This document shows, piece by piece, positions 36,126 through 45,495 of a stretch of 46,187 bases of DNA. The DNA lies in assembly GCA_964586055.1 (NCBI GenBank), contig CAZPFX010000005.1, positions 2,946 to 49,132 on the forward strand, in the 5' to 3' direction. The first letter of the stretch is position 1, and each line of letters begins with the position of its first letter. Source of the DNA: an uncultured Pseudomonadales bacterium. Its GTDB lineage: Bacteria; Patescibacteriota; Microgenomatia; UBA1400; PJMF01. Made by a program: the position numbers and the translations under genes. The notes under the pieces are model-generated. The model was not told the origin of the DNA. It saw only the letters and a list, made by a program, of their open reading frames with translations, and searched no databases.

Positions 36126-37507
36126 ATCCCCCCTTTTATTTTTGGTCTCGCAACTACTTTTATTTGCGTCAGTTCTTGAAATCCGTGCTCCCCGTGCTCT
36201 CGTCCTATGCCAGACTTTTTATATCCACCGAAAGGACTGGCGGGCTTAAAATGGCCAACTCCATTTATGTCGACATTACCGGCTTTAATTCTGGCGGCAA
36301 TCTCCAAAGCTTTTCTTTGATCTTTTGCAAATACTTGTGAACCTAGTCCATAGGGTGTGTCGTTAGCAAGTTCTATAGCTTCCTCATCAGTGGAAAATGT
36401 AACTATTGGAAGAACTGGTCCAAATACTTCTTCTTTCCAAACTCTCATTTCTAGAGTTACATTTCCAAGAAGCGTCGCCGGGAAGTATGCTCCTTCCTTA
36501 TCAGTTGTCAAATTACTTTGTGCTAAAACCATCGCTCCGTTATCCAGAGCATCGCTTACTTGCCCATTTAGAACAGCCAATTGCTTTTTTGAAACCAGGG
36601 GGCCCATCTGAGTTTCTGCTTTCGCTGGATCGCCAACTTGAAGTGACATAATCTTACTTGATAATTTTTTTATTAATTCATTAGCAACAGATTCATGAAC
36701 GATTAATCTTTTAAGGGCATCACAGGTTTGGCCACAGAACATGAATCGTTTGAAAATTAAACTACCGAGCAGTTGGTCAATATCAGCATCCGCGAGAATA
36801 ATTGAGGGATTAGAACCACCCAGCTCTAAAACTACTTTAATGAATTTATCAGCTGCAATTTTATAAAGTTCATGGCCAACTTCGTAGCTTCCAGTAAACC
36901 AAATCATATCGATTTCTTGTTGAACCAATTGCTTTCCCTGCTCTGCATCACCGTGAACTGCCTGAAAAACTCCAACAGGAAGAGAAGCTTCATCCATTAT
37001 GTCTGCAAAAAGCTTACCAGACAGAATGCACTCTTCTGAGGCTTTATGAATGACCACATTTCCAGCTAACAGATTAGGAATGACAGACCAAACAAACATA
37101 TCGAATGGAAGATTCCAGGGAGTTATAGCAGCGACAACTCCATAAGGTTCGTACCAGATTTCGTGAATTGAGCTCTCATCTTCGTAGGTTTTCTTTGGAG
37201 ACAAGGATGATTCAGCATTTTCTAGAAACCAATCGAAATAGCTCCAGTCCCACGCAACTTCTCCCCTACACTCAGTTATTGGCGTGCCGATTTCTTTGGT
37301 GATGATTTGGGAAATTTCTTCTTCATGATTTTTAAAAACTTCTCTAACTTTTTTAAGAGCTGTCACTCTTTCTTTTATGGAAGTTTGTTGCCAACTAAGC
37401 CTAGCCTTTTTGGCAAGGAGAAACTTGTCTTCTATCTCTTGCTTTGAGCTGACTTCTAGTTCTCCATTTTTCTCATTGGTCGCGGGATTGATTGAATTGA
37501 TCTTCAT
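36122..37507 (-). CDS. Aldehyde dehydrogenase family protein
   Basis: ITPWNLP, FTGS, LELGG, GQTC, EEVFGPV, PFGGYKKSGIGRE. Confidence 0.94.
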   Translation of the reverse strand: MKINSINPATNEKNGELEVSSKQEIEDKFLLAKKARLSWQQTSIKERVTALKKVREVFKNHEEEISQIITKEIGTPITECRGEVAWDWSYFDWFLENAESSLSPKKTYEDESSIHEIWYEPYGVVAAITPWNLPFDMFVWSVIPNLLAGNVVIHKASEECILSGKLFADIMDEASLPVGVFQAVHGDAEQGKQLVQQEIDMIWFTGSYEVGHELYKIAADKFIKVVLELGGSNPSIILADADIDQLLGSLIFKRFMFCGQTCDALKRLIVHESVANELIKKLSSKIMSLQVGDPAKAETQMGPLVSKKQLAVLNGQVSDALDNGAMVLAQSNLTTDKEGAYFPATLLGNVTLEMRVWKEEVFGPVLPIVTFSTDEEAIELANDTPYGLGSQVFAKDQRKALEIAARIKAGNVDINGVGHFKPASPFGGYKKSGIGREHGEHGFQELTQIKVVARPKIKGGI

Positions 37508-37563
37508 CAAGTCAAATTATAACAGGGCTGATTTGTTTTTAACATAAATGATAAAATCAACAT

Positions 37564-38208
37564 ATGACAATTATCGAGTTTAGGGGAATTTATTTGAATT
37601 TTAAAAGTAAAAATATTTTTAAAAATTTTAATTTTAAAATTGAGTCCGGAGAAAAAATTGTCGTTTTTGGAAAATCTGGATCTGGGAAAAGTACTCTTCT
37701 CAATCTGCTCTTGGGTTTCTTGCAGCCAGAGTCTGGAGATGTTATTTTCAATGGACAAAAAATTACCTCTAAAAATATTTGGGAAGTCAGAAAAAAAATA
37801 GCTTTTGTCGATCAAGATGTGTTGATAGGTGAAGGCGAAGTTCAGAGAATAATTGATGAGTATTTTTCTTTAAGTGCAAATTCTGGAAAGCAATTCAAAC
37901 CAGCAGAACTTCAACAACAGCTAGAAAAGTTTGATCTTGATACAACAATTTTGACAAAAAATATAAACCAACTCTCTGGTGGAGAAAAGCAGCGTCTAGC
38001 ATTAGTTATTGCCTTGCTTCTAAAAAGACCAGTCATAGTCCTTGACGAGATAACCTCTGCTCTCGATCCTAACTTAAAAAGGAAAGTCATCTCGGAACTT
38101 CTAAAAAATATAGATTCAACTTTATTAGTAATAACTCACGACAAAGAATGGCAAAAAGCTAGAGGAGTTCGTGTTTTTGATTTTAAAGAAAAAAAATGGG
38201 TGCAATAG
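37564..38208 (+). CDS. FetA-like ABC ATP-binding protein
   Basis: GKSGSGKST, LSGGEKQR, LDEITSALD, ITHD; adjacent to a FetB-like gene. Confidence 0.88.
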   Translation: MTIIEFRGIYLNFKSKNIFKNFNFKIESGEKIVVFGKSGSGKSTLLNLLLGFLQPESGDVIFNGQKITSKNIWEVRKKIAFVDQDVLIGEGEVQRIIDEYFSLSANSGKQFKPAELQQQLEKFDLDTTILTKNINQLSGGEKQRLALVIALLLKRPVIVLDEITSALDPNLKRKVISELLKNIDSTLLVITHDKEWQKARGVRVFDFKEKKWVQ

Positions 38209-38987
38209 AAATTTCAACCACTGGCTTGGTCGCTGCATATCTGCTTCTAATTATTCCGATATTTATTAGCTATTGGTTTAACCTAAACATGATTAAAGAT
38301 ACCTTCTGGTCGATAGCTAGAATGTCGATACAGCTCGCATTTGTGGGAGTATTTTTAGAATTTATTTTTAATCTAAATAATCCTTGGCTAAATTTTCTTT
38401 GGTTTTCTCTCATGGTTTTCGCGACTGTTCTTTCCGCAATTGGTAAGTCAAAAATCAAGCTCTCAACAATTTTCCTGCCAATATTAGTAGCCTTTACCAT
38501 CCCTACTCTAGCAGTATTACTTTATTTCAACGGTTTGATTATTAGACTAGATTATCTTTTTGAGGCTCGATATCTCATTGCTCTTGGTGGCATGCTCCTG
38601 GGAAATGTTCTCAGCACAAATATTGTTGCTATTAACTCGTTTTATCAAGAAATTCGCTCGCAGGAAAAATTCTTTCGTTACCGTCTGGCTATGGGCGCCA
38701 CTCAGAAAGAAGCACTCTCCCCTTTCCTAAGACACAGTTTCCAGTTATCACTTCTGCCCGCACTAGCCAAAACAGCAACCATGGGAATTGTTTCATTGCC
38801 GGGGATGATGTCGGGACAAATCATTGGTGGTTCATCGCCGTCGATCGCCATTCGTTATCAAATCGCCATCATGATCGCCATTTATGTTTCTGGTGCACTG
38901 AGTGTTCTACTGAGTCTGCTTTTTTCTAACAGAAATTGCTTCACTGCTTATGGGGTTTTAAAAGAAGGTATTTTTAAGAAGAGGTAG
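38196..38987 (+). CDS. fetB: FetB (UPF0014) ABC permease
   Basis: RMSIQL..VG, GMLLGN, GIVSLPGMMSGQIIGG..P..AIRYQI. Confidence 0.88.
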   Translation: MGAIEISTTGLVAAYLLLIIPIFISYWFNLNMIKDTFWSIARMSIQLAFVGVFLEFIFNLNNPWLNFLWFSLMVFATVLSAIGKSKIKLSTIFLPILVAFTIPTLAVLLYFNGLIIRLDYLFEARYLIALGGMLLGNVLSTNIVAINSFYQEIRSQEKFFRYRLAMGATQKEALSPFLRHSFQLSLLPALAKTATMGIVSLPGMMSGQIIGGSSPSIAIRYQIAIMIAIYVSGALSVLLSLLFSNRNCFTAYGVLKEGIFKKR

Positions 38988-39004
38988 CTTGAGCTATCGC
39001 AAAT

Positions 39005-40078
39005 CTATTTCAAACTCTTGTCAAAAAATGCGAGCGATCTCTGCATAGCTAAAGAAAAGTTTTGAGAAATATTGTGATCGTCTCCTTGATAGACATAAAG
39101 TTCGGAGTCTGGACTGACGGGTTTTAGATTTTCGTAAAAACGCTCTGAGAGTGAGGCGGGTACTGATACATCTCCTGTGCCGTGGTGGAGTTGAATTGGT
39201 CCAGATAGTCTATCTAGATATTTGACTGCAGAAACTGAACTCCAAAATTCTGGATTATCAGCCGGAGAGCCATATGTTTCTGTTAGATAGCTTCTCCAAA
39301 GTCTAGTAGGATTTTCAGGATCAGGACTTGGATCTGGTCTGCCCTGCCTTACCCAATATGGTTGTCTTAATTCAATAAGATCATCATAGCCTCCAACCAT
39401 ACCCGCCCAGATGACTCCTGTTTTTATCGATTCATCAATGACCATGCTTCTGTGTGTTATCCAGCCTCCCATTGAGTGGCCCCACATGCCAATTCTATTT
39501 TCATCAACGTAGTCTAGGGTCTTTATGCTGCTAACTGCGTTAAGAACATCAACAATATAATCGGAGTTCGCGTATCCGCCCAACGCAATGCCTTCAGATT
39601 GGTCATGGCTGCGATAGTCAGGTTTAAAGACCACGTAGCCATTTCTAGCGAAGTAATCAATATAAGCTTCGTATCTCTCTGTAGTTTTGTATTCCTCAGG
39701 GGCGATGTAGCCATGATTGAAGATAATCACAGGGAAACCATTTTCTGGTCTATCCGAATTTGGCACAGTTAATAATCCAAATTGTTTTAGACCTTCTGAA
39801 TCATATGAAGCTATGTAAGTTGAGTATGATCCTGAGGTCTGGAGTGTTTCGGTTATGTCCAGAACACTGCCTGGATACTCTTTCTCCAATAAATATGAAA
39901 TTTGAATTTGAAGACTCGGGTCTTGATCGGTTGAGTCATCGATAGCTAACTCTTCTGCCATCGTCGATATACCTTGATCAGCTGTTAGTTCTTTATCAGG
40001 TTGAGTATTATCAGTAAAAAAGTAGGCTACGACTCCAATAATAAGTAAAACCAGAATAAAGATGGTGGAGCGGCTCAT
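39005..40078 (-). CDS. Membrane-anchored alpha/beta hydrolase (peptidase S9-like)
   Basis: NHGY, GHSMGG nucleophile, HGTGDVSV, GDDH; N-terminal TM. ATG 40078 preferred. Confidence 0.88.
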   Translation of the reverse strand: MSRSTIFILVLLIIGVVAYFFTDNTQPDKELTADQGISTMAEELAIDDSTDQDPSLQIQISYLLEKEYPGSVLDITETLQTSGSYSTYIASYDSEGLKQFGLLTVPNSDRPENGFPVIIFNHGYIAPEEYKTTERYEAYIDYFARNGYVVFKPDYRSHDQSEGIALGGYANSDYIVDVLNAVSSIKTLDYVDENRIGMWGHSMGGWITHRSMVIDESIKTGVIWAGMVGGYDDLIELRQPYWVRQGRPDPSPDPENPTRLWRSYLTETYGSPADNPEFWSSVSAVKYLDRLSGPIQLHHGTGDVSVPASLSERFYENLKPVSPDSELYVYQGDDHNISQNFSLAMQRSLAFFDKSLK

Positions 40079-40088
40079 AAGAGCGAGA

Positions 40089-40280
40089 TTAGTACGCTTT
40101 TGTAGCGCCATCTTTTAGAGCATTTTCAGCATTTACTTTAGACATCATTGCACAGACAGTTGTTCCACACTTTTCGTGCTTCCCTTTAGCCATAAAACCA
40201 CCTTTTTTAGTTTGGTGAATCCCTGGTGCTGACAATTCAACGCCTTTTTCTTTACATTTAACGCAATATCCTGTGATCAT
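40089..40280 (-). CDS. Small zinc-ribbon protein (DUF5679-like)
   Basis: MITGYCVKCK...KGKHEKCGT; AGGGAG Shine-Dalgarno before ATG 40280. Confidence 0.78.
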   Translation of the reverse strand: MITGYCVKCKEKGVELSAPGIHQTKKGGFMAKGKHEKCGTTVCAMMSKVNAENALKDGATKAY

Positions 40281-40373
40281 GTCTATCTCCCTGTAAATTA
40301 TAACTTGCAGCATTGTAGCGCTATCTTACGATGATTCATACCTCAAAGATAAAAGCAAATAAATTCAAATTGT

Positions 40374-41096
40374 TTAAATTCTATCTCTCAGCAAAGTTAT
40401 TGTCTCTTGTTTAAGCGTTTTTCGAATCGCATTAAATTTCTTATACTCAATTAGATAGTTTAAGTCTTGATTTATGATCTTTTGGGTAATCTTGGTTTCA
40501 ATAAATGAGATTAAATCTTGAAGATATGTCTTTGGCGCCTTTTCTGTTCGCTCTGTAATTAGTAGCGGATTGTAGTCAAAACCACTAATTAGATAGTGAT
40601 GGATATCATACAGATCTCTTGCAGCAATAGTTTGATTTTGTTGATACCGATCTATTAAAGCAACTAGTTTATTTGCAAACATTGTTTCTTTAGTTTGGCA
40701 AATTGCATACCGATTAATATCAGTTAATAATATTTTCTGATATTTATTATTGAGGTAAGGTGTATTTACCGCATCAATTTTTAAAGTATTTCTAGATTGT
40801 TCCGGAGCTTCGTACTTTAAGAAATACTGCAAGGTATTGTGACTTTGATCCTTAATTTCAAGATCAAGCTTTTTAAAAATGCTTTTTAAAGACTGAGCAG
40901 ATCTTAAGGCAGAGCTTCTATCTTTAAGGTCAAAATCTAAGTCTACGCTGAATCGATCTAAGATGCCGAGCATACTGGCACAGGTCCCGCCTTTGAAAAA
41001 TAAATTTTGAGACAAAAAAGTATCATCTAGAATAGCTGTCAAAACTCTAAAAATAATTGATTTATGTAATGCTTGTTGTTTATTACTTCTCAGCAT
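40374..41096 (-). CDS. AbiEii/AbiGii-family nucleotidyltransferase (type IV TA toxin)
   Basis: FKGGT, RFSVDLDF, NKLVALIDR, ARDLYDI. Confidence 0.92.
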   Translation of the reverse strand: MLRSNKQQALHKSIIFRVLTAILDDTFLSQNLFFKGGTCASMLGILDRFSVDLDFDLKDRSSALRSAQSLKSIFKKLDLEIKDQSHNTLQYFLKYEAPEQSRNTLKIDAVNTPYLNNKYQKILLTDINRYAICQTKETMFANKLVALIDRYQQNQTIAARDLYDIHHYLISGFDYNPLLITERTEKAPKTYLQDLISFIETKITQKIINQDLNYLIEYKKFNAIRKTLKQETITLLRDRI

Positions 41097-41622
41097 AACC
41101 GATTTCTTTTTGCATTGCTTTTACTGTATCAAAATCAACATTATTTGTTGTGTCAAAATGATATTGGGGATTGTAATAGAGCATATCAGCAATTGCTCTT
41201 TCTAGATTTGCTTCATAGTGTCCGCCAATCTTTTCTATTCCAATAGTGTTATATAAATATTCATCTTTTAGTTGTCGTGATCTATAAGCTTTTTCTCCAA
41301 TAGAGAAAGTAGTGCTTTTTGAACTTACAAAAGTCACATAGGGAATTTCTTGAAAGATAACACCCTCTCTAACGAGTATGCTTTCTAATGACAAATAGCT
41401 GTAAACATTTAAATATGAAAATCCTAAGTCAATGGGATTTATATTATCTAGATCTGCAGTAGTATAAAAACCCTTGTGGATTCTCTTTAATATGCCTCGA
41501 TCAACATATCTTTTTAAAGTCATATTAAGAGTATCTTGATTATCAATTTCCCATAGTAGTGCCAAATCAGAGGCATGAAACAATTTATGTGGCTGAGATA
41601 GTAAGGTTCGGTACTTATTCAT
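41083..41622 (-). CDS. AbiEi-like antitoxin / wHTH regulator
   Basis: wHTH with RIHKGFY, SYLSLESIL..GVI.Q, A..ERAIADMLY; overlaps the toxin start. Confidence 0.88.
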   Translation of the reverse strand: MNKYRTLLSQPHKLFHASDLALLWEIDNQDTLNMTLKRYVDRGILKRIHKGFYTTADLDNINPIDLGFSYLNVYSYLSLESILVREGVIFQEIPYVTFVSSKSTTFSIGEKAYRSRQLKDEYLYNTIGIEKIGGHYEANLERAIADMLYYNPQYHFDTTNNVDFDTVKAMQKEIGYAEK

Positions 41623-41624
41623 GT

Positions 41625-41661
41625 TATATTAAAATATACACTAATGTATAGTTTATTGCAA
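41625..41661 (-). promoter_or_regulatory. abiE promoter with palindromic operator
   Basis: Minus strand TTGCAA-17 bp-TATATT-10 bp-ATG. Inverted repeat TATACA-CTAA-TGTATA (41635-41650) plus an overlapping TATATT-AA-AATATA. Confidence 0.7.
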
Positions 41662-41676
41662 GAGATAGCCTAGTGC

Positions 41677-41710
41677 TGGGTCGCTACACGGAAAGATTTA
41701 GCCTGGAAGA
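41677..41710. repeat. 34-bp intergenic repeat, copy 1
   Basis: TGGGTCGCTACACGGAAAGATTTAGCCTGGAAGA; 31/34 identical to 43758-43791. Confidence 0.9.
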
Positions 41711-41798
41711 CTCAAATGAGAGGAATTGTTATGGGATTGTGGAACTTAGTTCCCAGTGAGGCTCTCTGTTTTAATGGGAAGACTTTTTTATTTTAGAA

Positions 41799-41987
41799 TC
41801 AGTCTTCTTTACCAGATTTGGTTACTCCTTCACCAGTCAATAAGTTTCCGCCAGTAAGACATTGTTTTATCTGTCTGTCTACTTCCTTTATTGCTGCTTG
41901 GACATTTTTCCCAGTGTTTGCGCCCGTTTTCTCTACAGCTGCGCGTTTCTCAAATAATGTGGCTAAAAATGATTTCTCTTGAGTCAT
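41799..41987 (-). CDS. Small hypothetical protein
   Basis: 62-codon ORF from ATG 41987, plausible helical sequence, no recognisable family. Confidence 0.4.
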   Translation of the reverse strand: MTQEKSFLATLFEKRAAVEKTGANTGKNVQAAIKEVDRQIKQCLTGGNLLTGEGVTKSGKED

Positions 41988-42154
41988 ATTGATTACTGCA
42001 GCACTACACAATAAATTGACACATTCAATTATTTAATTCTATTGATTAATTTTCCAAGAAAGACTTTCATTTCATCATTTCCTGGTTCTGTGGCTGATTG
42101 CTGTTCTGTTAACTTCCTAAGCTTTCTTCAATAATTTTACCTTTATAAGTCATA

Positions 42155-43714
42155 TTATAGTTCGAATATTTTCACTAATGGTACGCCCTGTCTACTAACA
42201 CTATAAATCTCCTTCTCTTTGAACCTGGTCCACTCGTTATTCTTTCCGTATGAAAAAATGTAATTTAGATCATCTTTTTCGCTAATATCGCAATTTGGCA
42301 ACAAAACTATCCGAAACTTAGAGCCATTAAAATATCTACCAGCATGCGTCTTTCCACAAAGAGCAACTACTCCTCCCCTATTGCCACGCTTTTCAAGCAA
42401 CCACTTTGAAGCTTCTAGATAACTTGCTCCCCAATAATCTGTCTCGAACTTATTATATGCACCAGGCAAATAGCTAACGAACTCATTAAAATATATATAT
42501 TCATATGGGTGAAGCTTAAGAAACTGATGGCCAACCAAAAAAACATTGATTACAAATGATAATAGTAGCCATTTTCTAAGTTTCTTCCTTTTAATCCAAA
42601 AATCTGTCCAGGTAATCGCGGCTAATACAGACATAATTGCTAGGGTAAAGAGTAGGTGGCGCACTCCGTCGTAAATATTTGGCTTAATTAAATAGTAAAG
42701 AGCGTAGTTAACCAGCAATGATAAGGCTAAAATTCTTCCAACCTTATTTGAACTAAATCGGAAAATTCCAATTAATCCAAAAAATAATATAAAGAGTGGT
42801 GTAATCACGGCGCTCCAAACTAGTGGATAATGCCAGGGCAATTGACCAGCCTGAACAACCTGTCCTAAATACAGCATTGGACCTCTCCACGGGTAATCTT
42901 TGGAAACCTCCATTAATCTGAGTAGATGCATTGTTGGATTGCTCGCAACAAACGGCATTTGAATTGCATGCACCAATAGCGAAAAACTAAAAATTATCGT
43001 CAATTCAAAACCCAGGTTTAGTATTTTTTTCAAAGGGGCCTCATCTCTTTTGTGAAAGATATCAATAAGTTTTAAAACTAAATATACAAATAACAATCCA
43101 TACCCAAGAATTCTCATAGATGCTGCCAAGCCGAAACTTACACCAAGAAAAATTAAGCGAATAAAATTGTTTTTAATTTTTGGGGCGAGGACAATAGCCA
43201 ACAAGCCAAAAAGATAATATGTAGAAAAAACAGGATCTTTTACATTGGCGGGAATGTCTCCAATCAGCCTGGGTGTTAATAGCAAAATAATTGGCCCAAG
43301 CAGGGATAATTTTGAATTTCTCGAAAACTGAAAAACCAGTTCATAGGCAACATATAGACTTAAAGAAAAAAATAGTAAATTAAGAAGGTGATAATTTTCT
43401 ATGCTTCCAGTGTCATTGAAAATATAAAGCAACATTGTATGAAAATGGTTATAAGCCCATATTTCACGCGAGTCTTTTCCTTCGTATGCAAAGTCTTTTA
43501 ATAACAGAGGATCGCGGCCAAAGTTGCGGTTATAAAGCATCTCTCCAAAGCCATACTCGATTGGCTCATCGACAGTGATCCCAAAATCTTTGTAGGTTAA
43601 GAACGACCAAACTATATATGGAATAAGAATTAAAAGAAAAATCCACCGCTTGATGAAAAAATGTTTTGTAGAGTAAATATGTGGTAAAAATTGTTTTTTG
43701 TGAAAAGAGTGCAC
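42155..43714 (-). CDS. GT-C fold membrane glycosyltransferase (PMT_2-like)
   Basis: GITVDE, PRLIGD..N.KD, LPWHY, IYDGVRH, HPYEYIYFNE, ETDYWG; GTG start 6 bp after TACAAT. Confidence 0.82.
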   Translation of the reverse strand: MHSFHKKQFLPHIYSTKHFFIKRWIFLLILIPYIVWSFLTYKDFGITVDEPIEYGFGEMLYNRNFGRDPLLLKDFAYEGKDSREIWAYNHFHTMLLYIFNDTGSIENYHLLNLLFFSLSLYVAYELVFQFSRNSKLSLLGPIILLLTPRLIGDIPANVKDPVFSTYYLFGLLAIVLAPKIKNNFIRLIFLGVSFGLAASMRILGYGLLFVYLVLKLIDIFHKRDEAPLKKILNLGFELTIIFSFSLLVHAIQMPFVASNPTMHLLRLMEVSKDYPWRGPMLYLGQVVQAGQLPWHYPLVWSAVITPLFILFFGLIGIFRFSSNKVGRILALSLLVNYALYYLIKPNIYDGVRHLLFTLAIMSVLAAITWTDFWIKRKKLRKWLLLSFVINVFLVGHQFLKLHPYEYIYFNEFVSYLPGAYNKFETDYWGASYLEASKWLLEKRGNRGGVVALCGKTHAGRYFNGSKFRIVLLPNCDISEKDDLNYIFSYGKNNEWTRFKEKEIYSVSRQGVPLVKIFEL

Positions 43715-43757
43715 GTATTTATTGTATCAGGAATCATTTCTTTGCTTGCCCCCCCGG

Positions 43758-43791
43758 TGGGTTGCTACACGGAAAGATTTTGCCTGGAAAA
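43758..43791. repeat. 34-bp intergenic repeat, copy 2
   Basis: TGGGTTGCTACACGGAAAGATTTTGCCTGGAAAA; same orientation as copy 1. Confidence 0.9.
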
Positions 43792-43824
43792 ATTCGGTCA
43801 TCTGAATTACTCAATTCAGTAGAA

Positions 43825-44691
43825 TCAGTTAAGTTTAAGATTATCTAAAATTTTATTACTTGTCTCTGCTAGAAAAGGATCATCTGACATTCCGTAAGAC
43901 TCTGCTCCAAAAATCATATCGTTTGCTGTGGTTATATAGACGGTTTTCTCAATCCGATCTTCCTTATTAACTATTTCTGCAGGTTCGGTGCTAGTGTCCC
44001 AGTATTTATATATATAGACTGCATCTATCGTAGCTTTCAACACAGTTTTTCCCCATTTTGTTGTTGTTGAGACATCTTTGATTTCATATTTTGTTGGTCC
44101 ATAGAACTCATCAATTTTTGGAAGATTATTGTATTCGTCTACGTTTATTTGAATATCTGATTCTAAATCAAGGATGTCTTTGTTATTCAGGTTTGGCACA
44201 CAATTAATACTGACGCTACTTGCGATGAACCCACTCCCCATAGCAGTAGTGGGAGCATATAATGCTACGGATGAATTATCTTGACCATTTTCCTCAATAT
44301 TTATGAGAGTGGTAAAAATTTCTCCCGCTCCCGCTCCACTTGGGTAAATCCACTTCATTGACAAATCAGAATCTGTATAAGGTTCCTCGAATGGTGGAAC
44401 TGGAACGGAAACAGAACATTTTTCATCATTGGCATACGTCCAATTTTCAACACCTAGTTCGCTAATTTCTTGGTATTCAGTCTCGGGACTTTCAACACTA
44501 ATACTTTGTTCATTTATACTTCTTTTTGAGCTAAATGATGATATCTCAAGCAATAGATATATGATGGCGCTAAAAAGGATTACTATGAAAAATAGAGAAA
44601 TTATTGCGATTGTTTTCCAACGATTGGAGGCTTTTGTTTCTATGTATTGCTCTTGTGGTAAATTTATTTGATTTTGAATGGGATCCGACAT
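43825..44691 (-). CDS. Single-TM extracellular hypothetical protein
   Basis: N-terminal TM, then an acidic domain starting W.Y.N....S..VP and ending KILDNLK (PsbP-like termini); two Cys. Confidence 0.72.
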   Translation of the reverse strand: MSDPIQNQINLPQEQYIETKASNRWKTIAIISLFFIVILFSAIIYLLLEISSFSSKRSINEQSISVESPETEYQEISELGVENWTYANDEKCSVSVPVPPFEEPYTDSDLSMKWIYPSGAGAGEIFTTLINIEENGQDNSSVALYAPTTAMGSGFIASSVSINCVPNLNNKDILDLESDIQINVDEYNNLPKIDEFYGPTKYEIKDVSTTTKWGKTVLKATIDAVYIYKYWDTSTEPAEIVNKEDRIEKTVYITTANDMIFGAESYGMSDDPFLAETSNKILDNLKLN

Positions 44692-44748
44692 GTATAAAGT
44701 ATATTATATTTTTTCAACCTATACTTCCCTAAAAATCAGCTATGACTA

Positions 44749-45114
44749 CTAAAAGAAACCCAATAATATTCCAGCTGCGAATGCGAGCGCGTACATGGTT
44801 GTGTGCAGAGCAATCACATACTTTGTATATGCCCTATTTTTGATAAATAAAGAAGATATTAAAGATAATAATAAATTTAGACTTATTAATATGGCAATTG
44901 GAAGAACAACCCCATGAAACTTATTTACCATAAAGAAATCTGGCTCAGGAATTCCAGATCTGTAATATTCTATGTTTGAAAGATACCATCTCAGCTTGAA
45001 GTAAATTAGGTAAACTAATAGGGTGCTTGGTATTAGGAGTGCCAAAGGTATAAGTGTTAGAGCGATTCTTCTTAAGAAAGAACCAGCAACTTTTTTGGTC
45101 ATGGCTCCCATCAT
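44749..45114 (-). CDS. Hypothetical membrane protein (3 TM)
   Basis: 121-aa ORF with three hydrophobic segments. Confidence 0.6.
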   Translation of the reverse strand: MMGAMTKKVAGSFLRRIALTLIPLALLIPSTLLVYLIYFKLRWYLSNIEYYRSGIPEPDFFMVNKFHGVVLPIAILISLNLLLSLISSLFIKNRAYTKYVIALHTTMYALAFAAGILLGFF

Positions 45115-45256
45115 ACCTTGAACCTCGAATTATGGTTAGGTGGTTGCTTTGATCAGCCACTGAGTTTGGAAGTATTTTGTTATGAATTAGGCACGATACT
45201 TTCCGGAACGGAAAGACATTGTGGAAGTAAATGCTCTATTTTAGTATAATAATGAC

Positions 45257-45490
45257 ATGCTTACAGTCTTACCAGCACACGCTCAAAAATATTTTTGGGG
45301 AGACGATTTAAATAAGCTTAGTTGGCAAGATCATCAAAAATACATCACTAAAACACTTCTCGAAAAAGGCGATGTAGAGTCAATTTCCTGGTTAATGAAG
45401 CAGTTACCAAAAGAAGTACTTAGAGAATCTATTCCGAGCCTAAAGTTATCTGCAAAATCAAGAAACTTTTGGGAAATTTACCTTTCTTAA
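45257..45490 (+). CDS. DUF6922-like small protein (putative partner of the downstream nucleotidyltransferase)
   Basis: YFWGD..L....YI...LEKGD....W......LS.KSRNFW pattern; TATAAT 6 bp upstream. Confidence 0.8.
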   Translation: MLTVLPAHAQKYFWGDDLNKLSWQDHQKYITKTLLEKGDVESISWLMKQLPKEVLRESIPSLKLSAKSRNFWEIYLS

Positions 45491-45495
45491 AAAAT

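Noticed and set aside
41677-43791. 34-bp repeats as a CRISPR array or integron attC sites
   Set aside because: Copies are 2 kb apart with no cas genes, and they lack RYYYAAC/GTTRRRY ends and the long attC palindrome.
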